Shown: positions 58,117 to 64,000 of the stretch, piece by piece
Numbering within the stretch: the first letter of the stretch is position 1
Layout: each line of letters opens with the position of its first letter
Origin: Prevotella sp.
GTDB lineage: Bacteria > Bacteroidota > Bacteroidia > Bacteroidales > Bacteroidaceae
Assembly: GCF_034103185.1 (NCBI RefSeq)
Contig: NZ_JAXEGG010000009.1
Strand: one strand, 5' to 3'
Length of the DNA: 64,000 nucleotides
Translations under genes and position numbers: made by a program
Notes under the pieces: generated by a model
Seen by the model: the letters and a program-made list of their open reading frames with translations, nothing else
What the model was told of the DNA's origin: nothing
Databases searched by the model: none

Positions 58117-60294
58117 TCAGTACTTGAACTTTATGGAGCAGCTGACGTAGAATGTCCGTCCGGGGTTCAGCGTTGCATAGTTGCTGTTGTAGGGACGGTC
58201 GTCGGTCCAGTCGAACACGTTCTCAACTCCGAAACCGGGTTCCAAGATGAGTTTCTTGAGGCTGAAGGTGTGGCGTGTAGAGATGTCCCACATGTTATAA
58301 TGCGGCGCGTAGCCGTAGCTTTCGCTGAAACGGCGGCTGTAGATGCGACCGTTCACGTTTGCATGGAGCGTATATAGTCCCCAAGAGCGTGCCCACTGTG
58401 CGCCCATTGTCCAAGCATTCTTTATCGTTTTGTCGAGAGTTGCGTCGGTGTCGTCGTCTTTTGCCTTCAGGTGAGTGTATGCAGCGTTGAGCGAGAGACC
58501 GCAGCCGAGGTTGGCGTTCATGGCAAGTGTGGTTCCGAGTACTGATGCGTGGTTTATGTTCTGACGCTGTCTCACGGTCTTGTGTCCGTATTTTGCCATT
58601 GCCTCATCGCCCTGTGCTATCGTCACATAGTCAATCATGTCTCTCACCTTGTTGAGGAATACGTTTCCCGAAACGGTGAGCCATGACATTTGATATTCTG
58701 CATTGAAGCCGAAGTAGTTGTTCTTCTCTGCCTTCAGTGCGGTGTTGCCGATGGTCATTCGGTCGATGGTCTTTGCCACGTCGGTGGCATAGATTTCGCT
58801 CAGCGTCGGTGCCTTATATCCCATTGCGTAGTTTGCGCGCAGGTTGAGTCCGCCAATGCGGTACATAAGTGCGACGTTGGGTGTGGCGTAGTTGTGGAAA
58901 TTGCTGTGGTAAAGGTATCTCACTCCGAGGAGCGCATGCAGTCCGCCGCCTATCGTCATCTCGTCTTGAACGAACATGGCGAATGTGCTCGACATCTCTT
59001 TATTGATGTTGTCGCTGGTGCTCTTGAGAGCATCTATCTGATAATCCACGCCCACCGAGAGTTTGTTCCAGTCGGCAAGTGTGAACACTCCCTTGAGAGT
59101 TGCCTCGTGGAAGCGTGTGCGCTTTCTCATCACCGATGTTCCCTTGGGTGTGGTTATGTTGCCCTTTTTGTCCTTGATGTCAACGATATAGTCGTATTTA
59201 GAGTTGAAAATGTCTGTATTGTAGTCGAATGTGATATACGATTTTTCGGTCGTTATCATCTTCATACCGAATGCGTATCCGTATGTTTCGTGCTTGATGT
59301 CGTAGTTGTAAACTTCCTCCGGGCGGTCGGTCTTGTAACGGTAGAAGTTTCCCTCGGTATAGAACGAGAGGCGGTCGTTGGCGTCGTAGGTAAACCTTTG
59401 CGTCACTCCGTCGTCGTGGAAACCGGCAGACGCAATCTTGTTTGTCTCTACGAGTTCGCCTTTCTTGTCTATCTCGTATGGCGAGAGTTGCCATGTGTCA
59501 GCCTCCTGATGCTTGTATGAGGTGTAAGAACCGAACTTTCCCTTCTGCACATCGAGGTTGGCAGACTCCGTAATCCTGCCTTTGTTTGCAATCTTGAAGT
59601 CGTTCTGCACCTCCACGGTGTTCTTGGAGTCGTTGGTGATGATGTTTATAACGCCCCCTATGGCGTTTGTTCCGTAGAGCGTTGATGCCGCGCCGTTGAG
59701 AATTTCCACGCGCTTGATGTTGGCAACGTTCATTCTCTGCCATGTGTCATCGCCCGAAACGCGCCTGCCGTTGACAAGGAAGATGTAGTAATCGTCGGTC
59801 ATTCCGTTCAGCGATACAGTCGAGCCCATGCCGTTTACCATGCTTGTGAACGAGGGAGAGATTTTCTGGAGTGCCTCAAGAAGCGATGTTGCGTTTGTGG
59901 CTGCGATGTCACTTGCCGTGACAACCTGCACCGGCACGGGGCTGTCTTTCAGTCTGTGGTGGGTTCCTGTGCCCGTAACCACCACCTGACCGATGTTCTG
60001 CGATGTCGGTGTCATGTTGATTTTCACCTCTTCTGTCGTACCAACGGGCAGCGACACGGGGGCATAACTCACGTGGGTTATGCTCAACTTGTGTTTCTTG
60101 TCGGGAAGGTTGGTAATTTTGAAACGCCCCTCCGCGTTGGTAACACCTTTCGCCAGACTGTTATCCACACGGATATTGGCGTCTCTAACGGGCCTGCCGG
60201 TCTCGGCGTCGGTCACTACTCCACTCACTACTGTTTGTCCCCACGCATTTGCACAGGCAACAGCGAAAATGATGCTTGCAGCAATCTTTTTCAT
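58117..60294 (-). CDS. TonB-dependent receptor with N-terminal carboxypeptidase-regulatory-like domain (BtuB-like)
   Basis: VVVTGTGT, VEILNGAASTLYGTNAIGGVINIIT, GVENVFD; first gene after the B12 riboswitch. Confidence 0.9.
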   Translation of the reverse strand: MKKIAASIIFAVACANAWGQTVVSGVVTDAETGRPVRDANIRVDNSLAKGVTNAEGRFKITNLPDKKHKLSITHVSYAPVSLPVGTTEEVKINMTPTSQNIGQVVVTGTGTHHRLKDSPVPVQVVTASDIAATNATSLLEALQKISPSFTSMVNGMGSTVSLNGMTDDYYIFLVNGRRVSGDDTWQRMNVANIKRVEILNGAASTLYGTNAIGGVINIITNDSKNTVEVQNDFKIANKGRITESANLDVQKGKFGSYTSYKHQEADTWQLSPYEIDKKGELVETNKIASAGFHDDGVTQRFTYDANDRLSFYTEGNFYRYKTDRPEEVYNYDIKHETYGYAFGMKMITTEKSYITFDYNTDIFNSKYDYIVDIKDKKGNITTPKGTSVMRKRTRFHEATLKGVFTLADWNKLSVGVDYQIDALKSTSDNINKEMSSTFAMFVQDEMTIGGGLHALLGVRYLYHSNFHNYATPNVALMYRIGGLNLRANYAMGYKAPTLSEIYATDVAKTIDRMTIGNTALKAEKNNYFGFNAEYQMSWLTVSGNVFLNKVRDMIDYVTIAQGDEAMAKYGHKTVRQRQNINHASVLGTTLAMNANLGCGLSLNAAYTHLKAKDDDTDATLDKTIKNAWTMGAQWARSWGLYTLHANVNGRIYSRRFSESYGYAPHYNMWDISTRHTFSLKKLILEPGFGVENVFDWTDDRPYNSNYATLNPGRTFYVSCSIKFKY

Positions 60295-60374
60295 TTTTAA
60301 TACTTGATTTTTAATTTGAAAAAATGCTTTGCCGACGCCCCTAATCCCGGAGACAGTCGTAACAGATAAACTTT

Positions 60375-60555
60375 AATGGCAGGTTTCCTGGCTTACTCCC
60401 GAGATGCCTCGCCTTCCCACGGTATCAAAACCACAGTGGCTTCGTCTTGATGGCATCTCAAACTAAAGGAGATTACAGTAGCGGGTACTGCTCAGGTGTC
60501 ACACCTGATTCCCTTTCATGCCGCGTGTGAAAACACGAAACATCACCAATCGTTT
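60375..60555 (-). ncRNA. Cobalamin (AdoCbl) riboswitch
   Basis: Minus strand AAAGGGAATCAGGTG..ACACCTGAGCAGTACCCGCTACTGTAA...GCCACTG...GGGAAGGCG...AAGCCAGGAAACCTGCC; TACCTTTG promoter box just 5' (60557-60564). Confidence 0.95.
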
Positions 60556-60608
60556 GCAAAGGTAATAAATATTTATTTATTTAGAATATTTAAATGAAAA
60601 TTATTTAG

Positions 60609-60616
60609 TATTTTTG
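60609..60616 (+). promoter_or_regulatory. -7 promoter box of the divergent cbiA-cbiP gene
   Basis: TATTTTTG 29 bp before the ATG; back-to-back with the riboswitch promoter. Confidence 0.55.
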
Positions 60617-60644
60617 CACGAAATTACATGTTACCCTTTGTTTT

Positions 60645-63428
60645 ATGGATAAAAACGAACCGTCACGCCATAGGAAAGCGAGTGCTTTCGTGATTGCGGC
60701 AACAAACTCCGGATGTGGCAAGACAACGATTACTATCGGACTGCTGCGCGCAATCTCGCGGAGAACCGGCGAGGTGCAGCCTTTTAAGTGCGGTCCCGAC
60801 TATATTGACACTCAATATCACCGCATGGCAGCAGGCGAGGAGAGCGTAAACCTTGACACATTCTTCATGTCGGCAGAACATCTGAGACGTGTTTTTGCCC
60901 ATTATGCCAAGAGAGTGAATGTGGTGGAGGGTGTGATGGGGCTCTGGGACGGCAAGGAGCGTTGGCATGGCAGCACGGCAGAGGTGGCTTCGATGCTCTC
61001 GTTGCCTGTGGTGCTGGTGGTGAACGCCCGCAGCATGGCATACAGTGCGGCTGCACTGGTGGAAGGCTACAGGCGGTTTATACCGAAAGACATGCCAGAT
61101 GCTCCACGCATTGCCGGTGTGATATTCAATCAGGTGGGCTCTGCCCGCCACGAGACGATGCTGCGTGATGCCTGCCGCGATGCCGGGATGAGGTGTTTCG
61201 GGTGTATTCCGAGGGTGAAAGAAATGGAGATACCGTCGCGACATTTGGGGCTTACGCTCGACAAGCAGAAAGACATTGAGAGACTCATAGAGCGCGCTGC
61301 CGAAGCGGTGGAGGATAATGTGGATATTGATTTGCTGCTTTCGGAAACCGAAAAGGCAGTTCCCGAGGCACTCCCTACCGACCTTTTGTGGGCGCGAGAC
61401 GCCTCCTTTCCTTGGGGAGAAAGCCGCAAAGAGAAGATTGCCGTGGCGCGAGACGAGGCTTTCTCGTTTGTGTATCGCGAAAACATCGACCGCATGCGTA
61501 CACTCGGGGAGGTGGCGTTTTTCTCACCGATAGCCGACGAGTCGCTGCCCGAAAACACCACCCTGCTGTATCTTCCGGGCGGTTATCCGGAGTTTTTCCT
61601 GCCGGAACTGAGCCGTAACAGCAAGATGATTGCTGCCGTAAGACAATATATTGAGGGTGGCGGACGCTGTCTCGCGGAGTGCGGAGGGATGATGTATCTG
61701 TGCCGGAACATCACCGACGCCGACGGCACGGCATATCCTATGGTGGGCGTGTTGCAGAAAGAAGCCACCATGAAGGGCGCAAGGCTTCATCTGGGCTACC
61801 GCGAGAAGAACGGCTGGAGGGGACATGAGTTCCATTATTCGGAAATATCGGGCGACACGGAAGACGAAATATCACCTTATTATATATATAAGAACACCCT
61901 CGCAGGGTATATGCACCACTATTGGGGTGAGCGCAGACAGGAGGAAGAAAAGGCTGAAGACCGTTCGGGAAAACTGCATAACGTGATGTTTGCAGGCACA
62001 GGCAGCGACGTAGGCAAGAGCATCGTGGCAACGGCTTTCTGCCGGATTTTCAAACAGGACGGCTATTCGCCCGCACCGTTCAAGGCGCAGAACATGGCAC
62101 TAAACTCCTATGCCACAGCCGACGGACTTGAAATAGGGCGGGCGCAGGCGGTGCAGGCGGAGGCGGCAGGAGTGGAATGTCACACCGACATGAACCCTTT
62201 GCTGCTGAAACCTAACAGCGACCACACCTCGCAGGTGGTGCTCAACGGACGACCGATAGGCAACCAACATGCCACGGAATATTTCCGCAGAGAGGGTCGT
62301 GAGCAGCTGCGCACCGCCGTGTGTGAGGCTTTCGACCGCCTTGCCATGCGCCATAACCCCGTTGTCATGGAAGGTGCGGGGAGCATAGCGGAGATAAACC
62401 TGCGCGACGTTGACATCGTGAACATGCCTATGGCACGCCATGCCGACGCCGACGTGATACTCGTCGCCGACATCGACCGCGGCGGAGTGTTCGCCTCGGT
62501 GTATGGAACGGTGATGCTGTTGCCGGAGAGCGACCGCAGAAGAGTGAAGGGAATAATCATCAATAAGTTCAGAGGCGACATGTCGCTCTTCGAAGAGGGG
62601 CGCAGGATGATTGAACAACTGTGCGGCATACCGGTGCTCGGAGTGCTGCCATACCTGAAAGACGTGCACATAGAAGAGGAGGACTCGGTGTCGCTCGAAC
62701 TGAAAAACCGCGAGGCAATGGCAGGAAAGGTGAATGTGGCAGTGGTGATGCTGAGGCATATATCCAACTTCACCGACTTCGATACGCTCGAACGCGACCC
62801 TCGGGTGCATCTCTTCTACACCAACAACAACGAGGAAATAATGAAAGCCGACATAGTTATCCTGCCCGGAACGAAGAGCACTATCGCCGACCTTGTGGAA
62901 CTTCGGCGCAACGGCGCGGCACAGGCTGTGATGAGGGCTCACCGCAACGGTGCAACGGTGATTGGCATCTGCGGCGGCTATCAGATAATGGGAATGGAGG
63001 TTGCCGACCCCGACGGAGTGGAAGGCGATGTGGAACGCATGCCCGGACTGGGACTGCTGCCGCTATACACGGTGATGGGCGGGGAGAAAACAACGGTGCA
63101 GACGGTGTTCGACTTCAATGGGAACGAATGCCGTGGATATGAGATACACATGGGGAAAACCACCGACAAGGAGGGCACTTCCCACCGTTCGTTCTCTGCC
63201 GGAGACACCTGCTGGGGAACATATATCCACGGAATACTCGACAATGCACCCGTGATAGAGCATATCCTCGAACCTTTCTCGGCTTCAATGAGACAGAAAC
63301 AAGGCGACGAAATGCTCACAGCAACGGAATACAAGAACCTGCAATACGACAAACTTGCAGATGCCGTGAGACGCAGTGTGGATATGGAAAAACTCTACGA
63401 GATACTCTCGGGAGGGGCGAAGAGATAA
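60645..63428 (+). CDS. cbiA: CbiA(CobB)-CbiP(CobQ) fusion: cobyrinate a,c-diamide synthase plus cobyric acid synthase
   Basis: NSGCGKTT, FKCGPDYID, VEGVMGLWDG, GGYPE, AECGG; then GTGSDVGKS, PFKAQNM, EGAGSIAE, GICGGYQ, WGTYIHG. Confidence 0.95.
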   Translation: MDKNEPSRHRKASAFVIAATNSGCGKTTITIGLLRAISRRTGEVQPFKCGPDYIDTQYHRMAAGEESVNLDTFFMSAEHLRRVFAHYAKRVNVVEGVMGLWDGKERWHGSTAEVASMLSLPVVLVVNARSMAYSAAALVEGYRRFIPKDMPDAPRIAGVIFNQVGSARHETMLRDACRDAGMRCFGCIPRVKEMEIPSRHLGLTLDKQKDIERLIERAAEAVEDNVDIDLLLSETEKAVPEALPTDLLWARDASFPWGESRKEKIAVARDEAFSFVYRENIDRMRTLGEVAFFSPIADESLPENTTLLYLPGGYPEFFLPELSRNSKMIAAVRQYIEGGGRCLAECGGMMYLCRNITDADGTAYPMVGVLQKEATMKGARLHLGYREKNGWRGHEFHYSEISGDTEDEISPYYIYKNTLAGYMHHYWGERRQEEEKAEDRSGKLHNVMFAGTGSDVGKSIVATAFCRIFKQDGYSPAPFKAQNMALNSYATADGLEIGRAQAVQAEAAGVECHTDMNPLLLKPNSDHTSQVVLNGRPIGNQHATEYFRREGREQLRTAVCEAFDRLAMRHNPVVMEGAGSIAEINLRDVDIVNMPMARHADADVILVADIDRGGVFASVYGTVMLLPESDRRRVKGIIINKFRGDMSLFEEGRRMIEQLCGIPVLGVLPYLKDVHIEEEDSVSLELKNREAMAGKVNVAVVMLRHISNFTDFDTLERDPRVHLFYTNNNEEIMKADIVILPGTKSTIADLVELRRNGAAQAVMRAHRNGATVIGICGGYQIMGMEVADPDGVEGDVERMPGLGLLPLYTVMGGEKTTVQTVFDFNGNECRGYEIHMGKTTDKEGTSHRSFSAGDTCWGTYIHGILDNAPVIEHILEPFSASMRQKQGDEMLTATEYKNLQYDKLADAVRRSVDMEKLYEILSGGAKR

Positions 63429-63503
63429 AACTCTCTTAACCCCCAATTCAAATTCCCGATCATAAATTTTGTATTGTCTCATGTTTCGCGTAACTTTGCA
63501 GCC

Positions 63504-64000
63504 ATGAAGACCATAATGCTCATAAATCCAAAGTATGAAGGACTGCGCCGGTGGCTCGAAGAGATGCCCGGAAAGTTCTGCTGCGAGGGTCGTGAGATAT
63601 ATAATCTGCGTAATACCATAAAGGTGATTGACGCCCCGGGAGGGCTTGTCCTAAACGTGAAACGCTACCACAAGCCGAAATTCCCGAACTCGCTGATTTA
63701 CTCCTTTGGTCTTCGTAAACCTAAGGGCAGGCGCGCATTTGAATACCCCGGACGCCTCTTGGCAGCAGGCATAGACACCCCCGAACCGGTGGCATATATC
63801 GAACAGCGCACCGCAGGACTGATAGCTTTCTCCTTTTTCGTGAGCATACACTATTGCAACTGCCACACAATGTACGAGGTGGCAAACCGAAGCACTGCCG
63901 ATTGCGCACCGCTCATGGAGTCGCTCGGGCATTTCACGGCGCGTCTTCACGATGCCGGGATATTGCATCTCGACTACACTCCGGGCAATATCCTGTGGGT
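63504..64000 (+). CDS. Kdo/InaA-family lipopolysaccharide kinase, truncated by the window edge
   Basis: MKTIMLINPKY...RNTIKV...NVKRYHKP...KGRRAFEY...TPEPVAYIE...LHDAGILHLDYTPGNIL; TAACTTTG box at 63491-63498. Confidence 0.85.
   Translation, partial: MKTIMLINPKYEGLRRWLEEMPGKFCCEGREIYNLRNTIKVIDAPGGLVLNVKRYHKPKFPNSLIYSFGLRKPKGRRAFEYPGRLLAAGIDTPEPVAYIEQRTAGLIAFSFFVSIHYCNCHTMYEVANRSTADCAPLMESLGHFTARLHDAGILHLDYTPGNILW

Noticed and set aside
1-64000. tRNA, rRNA, prophage or IS transposase genes
   Set aside because: No cloverleaf/T-loop signatures, rRNA motifs, phage structural genes or DDE/HUH transposase ORFs recognised.

Overview
64 kb of a Bacteroidales (Prevotella-like) chromosome; the basis is the TAnnTTTG promoter boxes, T9SS C-terminal sorting domains and gene content. 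No rRNA, tRNA, CRISPR array or intact IS was seen. Left to right: (1) a cluster of four large T9SS-cargo genes (two cleaved-adhesin/FN3 proteins, a dual-LRR protein, a C10 protease), interrupted by a YafQ-type toxin-antitoxin pair whose toxin has an in-frame TGA before its catalytic tail, with a stand-alone PAS gene and a receiver-only gene; (2) miaB-xerD-U32-sufE-trmH; (3) a TonB receptor/DUF4876/DUF6850-like uptake operon; (4) DUF3332, an AlbA_2 remnant, LTA-synthase-like and ArnT-like genes; (5) upp, pckA, korAB, LytS/LytTR, a PIF1-HRDC helicase and an OMP; (6) an AT-rich MvaI-type restriction-modification island with a controller protein; (7) a cobalamin locus of five fusion genes, two TonB receptors, a lipoprotein CbiK and a B12 riboswitch; (8) a partial Kdo/InaA kinase. 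The best novelty candidate is a four-copy intergenic element: 15-bp quasi-palindromes (AAWWYCGSCGRWWTT) at an exact 22-bp period, followed by a ~60-bp tail with SGAAAG at a fixed offset, always oriented with local transcription. CCWGG is almost absent from the window; the single site I found lies in the conserved riboswitch core. All calls are from motif recognition by eye; no searches were run.
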